Shown here: positions 1 through 14,074 of the stretch, in pieces
Layout: every line of letters starts with the position of its first letter
Position numbering within the stretch: the first letter of the stretch is position 1
DNA from: the human T2T-CHM13v2.0 reference genome, Homo sapiens
Assembly (NCBI RefSeq): GCF_009914755.1
Contig: NC_060947.1
Reading direction: 5' to 3' (one strand)
DNA length: 64,000 nt
Notes under the pieces: model-generated
Seen by the model: the letters and a program-made list of their open reading frames with translations, nothing else
The model's database searches: none
Told to the model about the DNA's origin: nothing
Translations under genes and position numbers: made by a program

Positions 1-680
1 AACCGCCGGGCCCCCTCCACTGCCCCCGCACCTGCCGGGACCGCTGAGCGCTACTCTGGGCGCGCAGCCTCGCCGCCTCCCCCGGGAGCAGGCTCTGCTA
101 ACGGATTCCGTCCGTCTCTTTTATTGTTTTAGAGACTTCCTGAGATTCGGAGCGGGACATTCACTTGCTTGTTGGGTTATCTGCCAAAGACTAGCGGCGC
201 GGGAACTCTGGCTGCGGGGAGAGGAAACCCCGATAATCGCCACTGCCAGCTGAAGCGAGTGGCACAGCGTTTGAAACTCTCGGAGCAGCCCGAGGTAGCG
301 AGTGGGAATGAGAAGCCATCCCGGCAGATTTGGCAGAAACTAAAATAAGGTGTCCATACGGTGTGGGGTCTCGCCCCCCCATCATCCCTAGCCCCGTGGA
401 AAGGTGGGGAACTAAACGGAAAGCATAATCTTAAGTGGGTGGGGGGCGCATGGGGGAATCCCAGGTTTCTAGCGTCTTAGCGTTAATGCAAGACCAGGCG
501 ATCCCGGGACTTCTGCATGCTGGGCTCTTCCCCCTTTCTCTCCACGAATTAAAAAGTACGCCTCTTCGGCTTGTTAGTGGGGTCAGGGGGGGAGTGGAGG
601 CTCAGGGCAGGCCAGCCCCCTCTCGGCCAGGCGGACCTCTGGCAAAAGAATCCCGGCTCCCAGTCGGCATCATCTCTCGG
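1..680. promoter_or_regulatory. CpG island / GC-rich promoter-like segment (open at window start)
   Basis: Dense undepleted CpG (ccgccggg, cgcgcagc, gcggcgcgg), high GC, no repeat signature. Confidence 0.75.
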
Positions 681-829
681 AAGTTTGGGGTCTGGAAACT
701 TGCCCCTTAAGTTTGTGTTCCACTTGATCTGAGTATTCTGCAGCCAAGGGCTGCAGTCAACTGGATGGGTATACGGATTTAGGGTTTTAAATGTAAGTAA
801 ACTCTCTGGAAGGCTTCTGTGTGTAGATA

Positions 830-832
<3 letters not shown>

Positions 833-876
<44 letters not shown>

Positions 877-886
877 CGCGCGCGCG
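833..886. repeat. Compound microsatellite (TG)18(CG)9
   Basis: Directly visible: TG 833-868 then CG 869-886. Confidence 0.97.
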
Positions 887-1599
887 TAGCGAACGTGAGC
901 TGATAAGTACGTCTCAGAAAACATAATGATTAGGCAATCCCTACCTGCACCTGTTTTCTTGGCGAAGTGGCCGACAAGGTCAAACTTTCTTAGGCAAATC
1001 CATCCTCTCCTACAGAAGCCAATGTGCAATATCTCTGCCCTCCTGCCGTCTTTCCCGCATGCCCTCTCTGGGCTTTTCTGGGCCCTGGAGGCTGTTGCTA
1101 AGTGAAGCGCGTTTTAGGAAACTACCCAACCGACGCGCGGCCTGGCGTCCAGTAGCTTCACAGATGTCAGGTTTCTTTCCAAGTTTTAGGACCCAAGTAA
1201 ACGTTGCAGTGACAGCGCCTGGGCTGCATATTTCCCAAGGCAGGGGATACGGTGCTGGGCCGACACCCTCCCCGCAGCAGATTACCAGGGGAAACTAGTC
1301 ACTGCTCCCAGCTGTCTGACATTTGATCACACTTAGCCCGAGGCTTAGGTGAGCTCATTTTTGCCCTACATCCTCCTGCCAGATTTACAGCAGTCTTTTG
1401 CCAGGACCAGGCACACTCTCCCAATTCTCCCGGCTTCTCGCTGAGGCCAGCTCCCTCTCGGGGGGTAGATACATAAAATCTCCGTATCTGGTGGTTCTGG
1501 GGTGATCTGCACATTCTCAAGTAAGAGCCACGCCAGATTTCCTTGGAAACTCTTGCCAGGACACTTTCTAAATACAAGCTATCATTTCAATAGACAAGC

Positions 1600-2450
1600 A
1601 AGGTTACCATTGCGGGCGTGGGGAGATGGGGGAAGGCTGGAAATAAATCAGTTCTTAGCCCACCTGCAGCGCAGGCTTAGCCACCAGCCCAGCGGCGCAA
1701 CCTTCGCTAAGGGTCGGGAGAGGTGTCGCGACAGGTACCACAGCGCAGGAGGCCTCGGTTCCGGCTGGGGCTGCGGGAAGGCAGGGCAGCTGGCGGAGCC
1801 CCAACTCCAGTGTCTCCGACGCGCACCCTGCACCCAGCGAGGAAAGCAGAGGAACGCAGTGGGAACCAGGACCGATCCTTCAACCTCTTCAGGAGAAGAG
1901 AGCGCGCTCAGCAGCTCTCTCGCCCTCTCCAGCCTCCAAGTGCCCTTGGGCGGTTCACAGAGCTCCGGATCTGGCGCTGGGAACCCGACCAAGGCCCCCT
2001 CCCCATTCCCCCGCCCTTCCTAGAGAGCTCCCGCTCCCTCCGACTGGAGCCAGCCCTGGGGCTCCCAGAACCCAGGGCGCGACAATAGCGCCGTTTGTTG
2101 GCTTCGGTTGGAAACTTCACCCAGCGTAGCCTCTTGCCGCTTCGCCCTGCGGGGCTTGGAGGTCGCCCCAACCTTCGAAAGAGACCAAGCGGATTTGCGG
2201 CGGAGCAGATGTGATGCCTATCCTTAGAGGGCGGGTTATAGCAAAACTCCGGGACCAAGACTCTAGCGTGACTGGCCCAATGGGCTTTGGGTACATAGGG
2301 CACCCCTGCTCTGCCTTCTTCCTATTTCTAGGCTTGGCCGACATCAGGTGTCCCAAGTGCCTTATATCTGCAAAGAACACTCAGCAATTGTGCCTTAGAG
2401 CTACTGGTGGAAAGAGCAGGAAAGGAGCTGTCCCACGACTCGCGCGGAGG
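1600..2450. promoter_or_regulatory. CpG-rich segment
   Basis: High GC with many CpGs, unique sequence. Confidence 0.6.
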
Positions 2451-2546
2451 TATCTGCATTGATTCCTCTTCAGTAACTGCTCATAGGGGACCTTTTTCAA
2501 GGTCCCTGGCATGATTAGGACCCAACTTATTAGAAGAGGTGCCCTC

Positions 2547-3032
<486 letters not shown>

Positions 3033-3488
3033 CTAGCGTTCGCCTTTCAGGTTTCTCAAGTGTAGCCAAGCCCAGCTCGGGGTCTGGCTTTTAGGAAGTG
3101 AGAACAACTTATCCTGGGGACTCTCGGAGACGCCTTGATTTTCAACAGACAAACAAAACCAAAAACAAACCCGCAACAGTTTGCGTTTCTTAAAGCAGTC
3201 ATTTCTATCTTTTCCCTTGAGAACACCCCTTGTCTGTTTACTCTGGCTTCTAGCCAAGATTGTGTATTTAGGCCGCTGATCGAGAGCCTTGATCAAAAAA
3301 TCATAGGCTTAGGTCTATTGTAGAACCATCCCTTGTAAAAAAAAAAAAAAAAAGGTCAGAAAGGTCACCATCATTTCAACGGGGTGGTAGAGACAGCACC
3401 TTCCAGTTCCTGGAGCATTCAGTAGGAACCCCAGCCCCACTCCGCCAACGCGTAGCACCGTCTCCAGCGGAAGTACTCTTTCTTACAG

Positions 3489-3581
3489 GTCACAGAAGCA
3501 GCTGAAGACCCTAGGCTGGTGGGTGTAGATTGTAATAACTTAGTCGATGGTCTCTAAAGAAAGGTTGCTAGGAGCTGCGAG
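3489..3581 (+). ncRNA. Candidate non-coding exon (93 nt)
   Basis: Acceptor ctctttcttacag| and donor gag|gtatgg; no recognisable coding content. Confidence 0.35.
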
Positions 3582-4809
3582 GTATGGGAAAACAAGGTCC
3601 TCGAGGTACCATAAAGTCTCCTGCGGGCTGTACAACTGTATTCTATCGTAGTTTGGTGTTGCTCTTTTTTGGGAGGGTGCGGGGGTACTTTTAAAAAAGT
3701 TTCCGCATTCAATTCACTTGGTTGGCTGAGCTGTACTTGGAAAATACACTGGGAGTCCCCTCGGCCCACACGTTGGCGCTCAGTTTCCTTCCACCCACAG
3801 AGTATTCAGGTGTTAATCACCAGCTCTCTTTTCCCTATGTGCGCAGCAACTCCAAGGAATTTGACAACCTTTGCCTTCTGCTTTTACTCGCTGACCTCAC
3901 CACCCGAAAGTTGCCATTTTCCCGGAGGAAGGAAGGCTCTGCCCATGCACTGGGTCCCATTTCCAGCGGGCTTTGCTGAGCCATCGCTGTCAGCCTCTTT
4001 GCCTCTCACCCCCCTCCTACACCCGTCTTTGCCCATCCCCACAACTCTCCTCACGCGCTCAGCTCCGCAGACTGCCAAACCCCCACCCCTGCGGAGCAAC
4101 TCGGGGAACTCGGCCCCCTACGTCCAGGCCTGCCCTCCCACTGGGCCTGTTGCCCTTTCCACTTCCTTTTGTGACTGCAGAGGCACAGCGCTCACCTGTA
4201 CAGAGGCGAGGTGACCTGCAGGAAGCCGGGGCCAATAAAGTAATCTTAAAATCGTTATCAGTATGCAATGCTGTTTGAGTTTTTCCATGTCTCCACAATT
4301 CCATTCGGGTCCACCAGGCAAGGCAGCGCTTCTCGGGAAAGGGTGCCTGGAAAATCAGTGGACCTCCAGGCACTTCCAGCGTGACCAAGCAAAGCTATCG
4401 CCCCAACCACAGGGGGCGCAGGATGGCAGGGGGTTGGGTAGAGCATCCTGGAGAAAATTTTAAATTCGAAGGCAGCACTCAGCGGTTCCTTTTCCACTCT
4501 TTTATTTATTTCTTTGTTTTTCTTTTTATTTATCATTTTCTTTTAAGAGAGTGGAAAGCCGTGGAATTTGGTGCGCAGAATTTCTATGTTCTCTTTTCAT
4601 CTCTTCAACGCCCTCATTTTTTTTTTTTTTTTTTCATTTCACTAACCTTTGTCATCCACCTGCTATGTGCTGAGTTGTGCACCAAGTACGGGACGGAGAC
4701 CCTGCACTTTCCCATTCCGTATCAGATAGTGGCAATGGCTTGGGAAAGTCTCAAGAGGACTCCGGATTCGGAGAGAAAGAAATTTTCGCCTGATGCTACC
4801 CCATCCCCC

Positions 4810-5300
4810 TAGTTGATCTACGGAGAAATCGGGCCTCGCGAGAAGCGCAACATCTTGGACAAGGACCTGGCGTGAGCGGGGTCGCTACGCCCCGACCTGC
4901 AGGGGCCACGCTCATTCCCCAGCGCGCGCGCGCTTTCCCACGGCGGCGCAGAGTCCAGCTAGCGGAGAGGCGGAGGGGGAAGCGCCCGCGTGCCTGGAGC
5001 CCTGGCGGTCCAGCGTCCCGGCGTTGCCGTCTGAGTGGCCTAAAAGGGAGGCTCTGGGGCCGCTGCTCGCGACGGAGAGCGGGGACGCGGCCCAGGAACA
5101 GCTAACGTGCCGCTTGCTGCTTGCCAGGTATGGAGGATGCCTATCCTCAGGCAGACCCGTTTCCCCGCGGGCTGGCGGCCAGACGGCGCGACAAAATGAG
5201 ATCTGTCGAGAGGTCTGGCCGTGATGGCTTTTTGGCGTCTAGGCCGCTGTCATCCCAATTCCATTTCTCCGAAAAGCATCGCCGAGTTAGGACGTCGGGG
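4810..5300. promoter_or_regulatory. CpG island
   Basis: Very dense CpG including (GC)6 at 4922-4933; abrupt drop to AT-rich sequence after ~5330. Confidence 0.8.
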
Positions 5301-7196
5301 CTTTGCTAATGTGATGTTTGTGTAATTAACACCATCTCCCCTTGTTTCTGAACATATTTCCTCCCGCAGCACAGACCAGCTTTCATTTGAAAAAGCAACG
5401 GGAAGAACGTCCCAATAACCCTTTCTAATGGGAAAAAACTGCCCCTTTTGTGGAATGGTTTCTTTACAAAGCCAACAACCAACCTTATTTTCTAGTTCCA
5501 ATGGCTATCCCTTTATGAGTTATATTATTAAAGAAATCCGACACTAATTGTGCCGATTTAACTTGTTAATTAGTTGCAAATAAACTATTCATTAGTGGTA
5601 AAATAAAATAAAACCCATGTGTCTAGATATCATTCCACATTCACATATTGTAGTGTCTGCATAACATAGGCATACTAAATTAAGTTCCTAAAAGGTTTCT
5701 CCTCAGGATAAATAATTAAAATATATTCTACTTTAATTGACATTATAGAGGACATAAATGAGCTTTTCCTTTTAGAAAGAAATAGCCATTTCTAAATAAA
5801 GCTTGCAGTCTGGAGAATGGAGGCTTCAGCCAAATGAATAGTCATTACTACCTTTTCAACGACGTGGGCCTTTTGATCAGAAAAGAAATTAGCTCTAAAA
5901 AACAGACAATGGAAGCCTGCCCTGCAATAGGAAGAAAATTAGACGGCCAAGGCTCTTCACAACACCTATTTCTATAAACCATAGAGCTCCTTGCTTTTCA
6001 ATTACAGCTGTTCATTTCATATAAGGAAAGGGGAAAAACAGGCCTCTAATGTAAACTCGCTTTCACCATAAAGCCTTGTTCCTGGCTCACAGCCAGGCTG
6101 CCTACTTACTATTGTTTTTAGTCCTGTCATCAATTAGCTAATACTATATATTTTAAATGACTCTGGGGGTATTCACAGACTCCCTCCCCACTTCCCCACT
6201 CAGACAAAACCCAAGCTGGACTTTCATGAAAGGACTACCATTCGGTACACAGACACTTATATACATAAAGTTTAATGTTTTTATTGTTTCCAAAAAAAAA
6301 AAAAAAAAACCATATTGAAAACCCTGCTTTGTTTTTTTTTCTATATTTCTCAGTCCATCATTGAAAGACCCAGACGAGATGATGACAGAGGGACATAAAT
6401 GAGCAGCTTTCAGTATTGTTTCTAATTGTTCACAGAGCTCAATCCATCTCTAGATAATTTTGCTATGCCCTTTAGACCATAATTTGGTTTGTACATCTTT
6501 GTGTTTTAAAAATAAAATTTTTGAAATTTGCTAACCCCATTGGTTTGGTGTCATTAGATATAATTTCATTTTAGAAATATTAATTCTTTACCATTTTGGT
6601 GAAATTATCTAGCCTGCAAGAAAAAAATTATGTTTTTATGGTGTGCTACAAAATAAAACCTTTCAATACACATAAAGTAATAATATGAGAAAAAAATTCA
6701 GTAATAATAGCAGTGAGTCTTAGTAAGCCTGTAGATATATGTTCTAGAAACATCAAAATAGAGTTATAGGCTGGGAAGGCTTTACTTCCTTTGAAAGTAA
6801 AATGCTTATCTATCTGATCTTTATAAATCACTGTATAAATTCCTTGAATAACTAAACAATAGTGCAATTCAATGGGGTTGGTTGGCGATTTTCCTGTTTA
6901 GGGTTGTGCTAATAAAATTGCTTAGAATCTTTTTAAAATACAGTTAAGGATAATTGATTTGTTCACAAAACAAAGAACATTTTAACAAAACTATAAATTC
7001 ACTTAAACCAAATAACATAATAACCATGGACGGGTCCCTGAGAGGTGTCATTCCCTTGATGCTTTAAATAAAGTTAAACAGAGGTAGATGGCCAGTTTAG
7101 AAAGGATGGACGGAGTAGAGCCACTAGGATGACTATTCAAAGTATGCATTTCTGAAGAACAATGACAAAAAAGTTGCTACCAAAATGCTTCTTATG

Positions 7197-7496
<300 letters not shown>

Positions 7497-8381
7497 AAAA
7501 ATACTTCGTATGCTCCTGTATTCAGCATGTATTTCTTGTTGAAAATTGATGCTTCCATTTGATGGCTTCTTGTCACATTTTTGTCAAAAATATGGATGAA
7601 TTGGTATGTTTGCTTTTTGCTTTTGAGCATTAACTTCTTTGTTGCTTTGTTCAAATGGATGTCAGAGTGGAGTTCTTAAAAGCATTTTGCCAAAGAGTAT
7701 GACATTGCCATATCTGATTTCCTTGGCAACTGGAAGAAGGTGCTTTTCCTTGGCAATCAAGTCCCTTGACTCTTCCTACCCTTGGGTTCCTATAATAAAG
7801 GGCATCATCTTACCAGTATGCAAGGGTGAGACGGTCCCTCTTGTCTATTGCATTATGATGGTGCCTGCTTTCACAGAGAATTCTGCAGGAGCCAGAGGAA
7901 AACTGCCACGTTCCCAAGGTGAAGTTTAGTGGTAGGAGTTAGCAATGTGTGGTTGCTAATCAGTAGCCTGGAAGTTGTCCAGACTGAGAGCTATGCGAGT
8001 ATTTTGGTGAGTCTGATCTTATGTACTATAGCACTTGGTTTTCTTTTTGGAAAGAGGTATCAATATGTGATGTTGTGGTCAACCGAGAAGGAGTTTGAGG
8101 GAGTCCCAAAACTGCTGTCAAAGAAAACTGAAGCTTTAACTGCAGCTTTGGAAGGGGACAACATATGTAGCAGAACTATTTCTCAGGATGCTGACGTAAA
8201 ATAGAGCCTGGGTGTTTCCTTGTTTTAAAATTAAGGAAACGAAGGGATCCTAATGCTTGAGAAGAAATCCCCCAGGGCAGAATCCTTGTACAGAAGCCTT
8301 GAATTGCGCCAGTCGATTTTTGTTAGATCTTGGTGAATAAGAGCACAGGCTCAAGGGTCACATGGACATAAGTAAGCAAGG

Positions 8382-8650
8382 TCATTTATTAATAGACACA
8401 TTTTTATTGAAGGTCTACTATAGGCCAGATATTCTTCAAGAACTTGGGGGTACAACATTCTGGGGGAAGACGGGAACAATAAACATAAACAAATGAATAA
8501 AGAGAATTAGTGAGTGTCTGGAAGTAATAAGTGCTAGGAAGACAAAGTAGGATATGGGTCTAGAGTGTGATGGGAGTTGATGTTTTAAATAGAATGTTCA
8601 GGAAATGCCTCTTTGGGAGGTGATGCATGTGCCAAAATCTGAAGTGAGTA
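8382..8650 (-). mobile_element. L2 3' end
   Basis: tttattgaaggtctactataggccag...agtgctaggaagacaaagtagg matches antisense L2 terminus. Confidence 0.7.
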
Positions 8651-8668
8651 AGCACTCAAATAATGCCA

Positions 8669-8670
<2 letters not shown>

Positions 8671-8712
<42 letters not shown>

Positions 8713-8730
8713 GACCATCATCACCACCAT
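8671..8730. repeat. (CAT)14 microsatellite plus degenerate CAT/CAC extension
   Basis: Directly visible. Confidence 0.97.
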
Positions 8731-8814
8731 TACCACTGGCTGGCAGTGATTTGTAATCTCCAACCCAGCCCTAAAACTCTAAGATTGTAGGAAGAAGAGG
8801 GTGAATTTCCAGAC

Positions 8815-9393
<579 letters not shown>

Positions 9394-9512
9394 CTCTAGA
9401 CTGGCATTTAGTAGCTTCTATGAAATTTCTAAGGGTCAAGATTCAGGTCTTAGTTTAGCTCTCTCCCCTTAATACCAAATTGCTTACCACTGAGTATGGT
9501 TTTTCACTTTAG

Positions 9513-9768
9513 AGTAGTGTGGTGTGGTAGGAAAAACAAATACAATGGGATTGGTCTGGTAAACCTGAATTTGAACTTGAATTTGAGCATTTACCATCTG
9601 TATGATTTGAGCAAGTTTGCAAATCTTCCTGAACCTCAGTTTTGTCATCTGATGGAGTTGGGTAGTCAGGCCTTCTTCACTGAATTAGGGTGAGGATTCA
9701 ACAAGATGATACAGCTGAAAGCACCTGGTACTCTGCTTCATACAGAGCCAGCTTAATAAGAGTTGTTG
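9513..9768 (+). mobile_element. MIR
   Basis: Core gagcaagtt...cctgaacctcagttttgtcatctg...gtgaggattcaa. Confidence 0.75.
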
Positions 9769-10453
9769 TCTTGTTTTTCAACTACGCTTTCTTTTATCCC
9801 AAACAGGATTGAACATTCCTCCAGTATGGACAAGAGGGAACCATGTTTCACTTTCTTATACCCCTTACAGGGCTATGCACAGATGTTTGTGGAATGAATC
9901 ATAGTATTTAAGTAAGTCGCCTTTGAATGGAAGAAAAAAAATGAATTAATTACTCCATGGTTCCAATTCTGCATTGCAGTCTCCCACATTCGACAGAGTC
10001 ACTTGAGATTGTTTCTGTCAAAGCTCTCTGGAGAGCACTCACTGAGATGATGGGGGTTTTCATTTGTGACAGAGAGGCCTCTTGTGTTTAATTCTGAGAT
10101 AACATAAAATACCTTTTATAATAGACACATGCCTGCTGTTAAAAATGTACAATTAATTAGTGTCATACATATTTTAAATCCTTTTTTTTGCTTAAAATAT
10201 AAGGTTTAATTTTTTTTACTTTCAGAGATCAGTAGAAATATGTTCTTTCTATAGATTACTTCAGGAATCCTGCTGAATTAGGAAAGAAGTCTTGTTCCAA
10301 TTTTATAGCTTTTATATTTTCTCTGAGGCCTCAGAAGTAGGCACAACTGACCAAGTGGAATAATAATAAAAAAAAAAAAGTAATTCTAATCACCAGCACA
10401 GAGTAAAGTCTTATCATTCCTCACAGTGGCTGCTGAAGAGAATTACAAAAATT

Positions 10454-10571
10454 AGCCAGGCGCAGTGGCTCACACCTGTAATCCCAGCACTTTGGGAGGC
10501 CAAGGAGGGTGGAACGCTTGAGCTCAGGAGTTCAAGACCAGCCTGGGCAACATGGCAAAGCCCTGTCTCTC

Positions 10572-10616
<45 letters not shown>

Positions 10617-10788
10617 AAAATTAGCCAGGCGTGGTAGCTTGAGCCATTAGTCCCAGTTACTTGGTAGGCTGAGGTAAGAGGATCACTTGAACCCAGGAGG
10701 CAGGCAGAGGTTGCAGCAAGCTGTCTTCCTGCCATGACACTTCAGCCTGGATGACAGAGCAAGGCCCTGCTTCAAAAATAAGAAATAA
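10454..10788 (+). mobile_element. AluJ-like with A39 middle linker
   Basis: Both arms; A-run 10573-10611; TSD aagagaattacaaaaatt / aagagaattatataaatt. Confidence 0.93.
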
Positions 10789-10857
10789 AAGAGAATTATA
10801 TAAATTATTTTAAATAAATAAATTAGAGACACTTTAGTTCTTATTAAAAAGAATCCT

Positions 10858-11088
<231 letters not shown>

Positions 11089-11330
11089 ATGAGATTATAT
11101 AAACAAAGTATTGAATCAGTGCCTGATACCTAGTCATAGGACTCGGTAAATGTTAGGTTATCGTCATCACAGCAACCTTGTGAGCTATGTAGCACAGATA
11201 GGGCAAACTTATTTATATTTTAACAAATAAGTAAACAGGTTCAAAAGGATTAAGTGACTGTCTAAAAGGGTGGAGCTTGTTATTGGCAAAATCAGGCATG
11301 GAAAGGACACTTCTTGACACTGTCCAGTTA
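11089..11330. mobile_element. Two MIR fragments (3' end +, then antisense)
   Basis: cagtgcctgatacctagtcataggactcggtaaatgttag; aagtaaacaggttcaaaaggattaagtgact. Confidence 0.55.
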
Positions 11331-12257
11331 TCGTTCCATGAAATTGTAATATGCACTTTGCCAATGACTGCATTTATTATTAAGTTGCATATTCTGCAGT
11401 GTTATCAGTAATTATGCCCGATTAAGAAGCATGTCATATTTTTTCTATATTTAAGTAAAGGCAAATGTCTTAATGAGCGGTGACAAATGGCAGAGGAAGC
11501 ACAAGGAATGTCCCCCCATTCTAGATTATTCCCCAAGAAGTGGGCTGGAGAGAGATCTCCCCAGGTCTCAAGGTACACTAATTAGAAACATTAAAATTGA
11601 CACAGTCAGATTCAGGATTAAATAGGTAAAGCAATACGCTAGTGTGAACTTCTCAGGCAGTGCACACTAATCTCTTGTGGTGATACTTATTTCCTTTCAT
11701 TCTTGGCAGTCAAATGAATCCTGTATTTTGTTCCTTATCCCTGCCAGGTGGGCTTCACATGGAAGGTCATAGCAAAGCAGCCTGCTGATCTAAGCATCCA
11801 ATTCACTGTCCTTGACTTTTCACTCTCCAGTGTTCATCTCTTGGCTTATGACATATATATGCCAACATGTGTTTGCTAAAGGTTCCAGGAAATTATGATG
11901 ATAGTGACCACTTATTGAAACTTACTACAAGGTAACACTGTCATGACCTTTACAGGTATAACTTTGTTTGTTTAATCCTAGCAACCTGGCTAAGGTTACA
12001 CATTCAGTGGCAAAACTTTGAGATTTGATCTGTCTGTAAATGATGGTTCTTTCCACTGCACTGCCCTAGAAGGGCCTGATTTTCATATTGTGTGATTTTA
12101 CAAAGAGACCCTTCCTCTCTCTGGATCTCACTTTCCTGACCTGTGGAGTGAGGCAGTTGAGCTACATGCTTTGTAAGGGCCCTTTTCCTTGTAAGGTTTT
12201 GAAGATTCCAAAAGTTCCCGTATGATGCTATTTTTAACAGCACTGAAAGCTGAAGTG

Positions 12258-12535
12258 ATGGGGTACAAAAAATAACTAGAAAGAATGAATAAAACCTATG
12301 ATTTCATAGCATAACAGGGTGACTATAGTGAATAATAACTGTACATTTTTAAATAGCTTAAAGAGTGTAATTGGATTGTTTGCAACTCAATGGATAAATG
12401 CTTGAGGGGATGGATACCCCATTTTTCATGATATGCTTATTTCACATTGCATGCCTGCATCAAAACATATCATGTACCCCATAAATATATATACCTATTA
12501 TGTACCCCCAAAATTAAAAATAAAAATAAACAAAT
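12258..12535 (+). mobile_element. 5'-truncated L1MA (L1MA1-3-like) 3' UTR
   Basis: aacagggtgactatagt...ggataaatgcttgaggggatggataccccatt; A-rich tail; TSD aaagctgaagtg / aaagctggagtg. Confidence 0.9.
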
Positions 12536-12683
12536 AAAGCTGGAGTGGCCCTTGATTTTCTTCAGAAATGGCCATTCTCCTATTTGCACTGTTGAGAGCC
12601 ATCAGTTCCAGCACTTCTGACAGAAAATTATTGTAGAAGCAGAACCAAGCTAAGAAAGCTAAATTCTAATTCTGTATCCACAG

Positions 12684-12807
12684 GAGAAGATGCCCTCGTC
12701 TGTGGTGGGATGGGGCAGGAAGAAAGCCTCTGGGATTGGAAGAGTAGAGGGATCAAAAAGTTACCTGGAACAGTCAACCATCTCTAGCGACCTGCTCTGC
12801 ATCCTAG
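12684..12807 (+). ncRNA. Candidate non-coding exon (124 nt)
   Basis: Branch-like ctaat, acceptor tctgtatccacag|, donor tag|gtgagc. Confidence 0.35.
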
Positions 12808-13712
12808 GTGAGCTTTGTGGGAATTTCAGGAGGGGGAGGAATTCAGGGGTGCTTTGGGTTTCAGAATGAGCAGAATAGTGGATAGTCATCTGCATTAGAG
12901 CTTCTTAAAACTTCTGCTGCCATCCTTGGTTTGTCCTTACATTTCCAGCCCTAACGATGTAGGGCTAGTCTTTGGAACTTTACAGGAGAGGCATTCATTG
13001 TGTGCTAATAAGGAAAGAGATACCACATTTGGAGATTAGATTTAGAGAGTGTTCCCACAGTAATACCCCAAATCTGAAGCATTTCTCTCCTGTGACTTCA
13101 CATTAGCGCTGAGAGTCAGTAGCAACCCCTGATAAAATTGGGTTCAAAGTTCCACTTACAGTATCACTTAAATTATATGACTCTCAGTTTCCATATCTGT
13201 AAAGTGCAGCTGTTGGGGGAGAGGATGTGCTGCCCTTACCTTGAATGTTTCAGCCTCCCACTGTAGAGGATCATGTTCATGTGACCTAGTTTCTATATAT
13301 TTTGTTGAATAAATGCTTTTCAATTTGTTGTCTTTTGATCAATCTCCGGAGTCTTTGAATGATTTTCTTTACAAATTTTTACTGGCTTAATTGATGCATC
13401 TCCAGAAAAGAGGCTTCCTCAAGCCATTCCCAAAGTCACTGAATCTCTTTGAATGGTTTTTAGCAGGGGAGTGACATGGTCAGGTTTGTGGATTGGGATG
13501 CTCATTCTGGTTGTTAAGCATATCTCTCAGAGTGGTATGTGACTGTTAGATAAGATGGTGGATGTGAAAATGCCTGGTATATGGTTGATACTCAATAGAT
13601 GCTCATTGTTTTGGATGTTAAATTGGTTGTTTCCTACCAGTCCAAGTGTGATCTTGGAGAAATTGCTTTCTGTCCCTGGATGTCAGTTTCTTCAACTGTA
13701 AAATACAGATGA

Positions 13713-14074
<362 letters not shown>

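Noticed and set aside
7510-8220. Consecutive ORFs 7639-7929 and 7929-8204; possible pseudogene or ancient LINE remnant
   Set aside because: No family recognised and no poly(A) or TSD; a blastx/Dfam search would be needed
8605-8790. Poly-histidine ORF resembling a transcription-factor His tract
   Set aside because: A (CAT)n microsatellite next to an L2 fragment; flanks are non-coding
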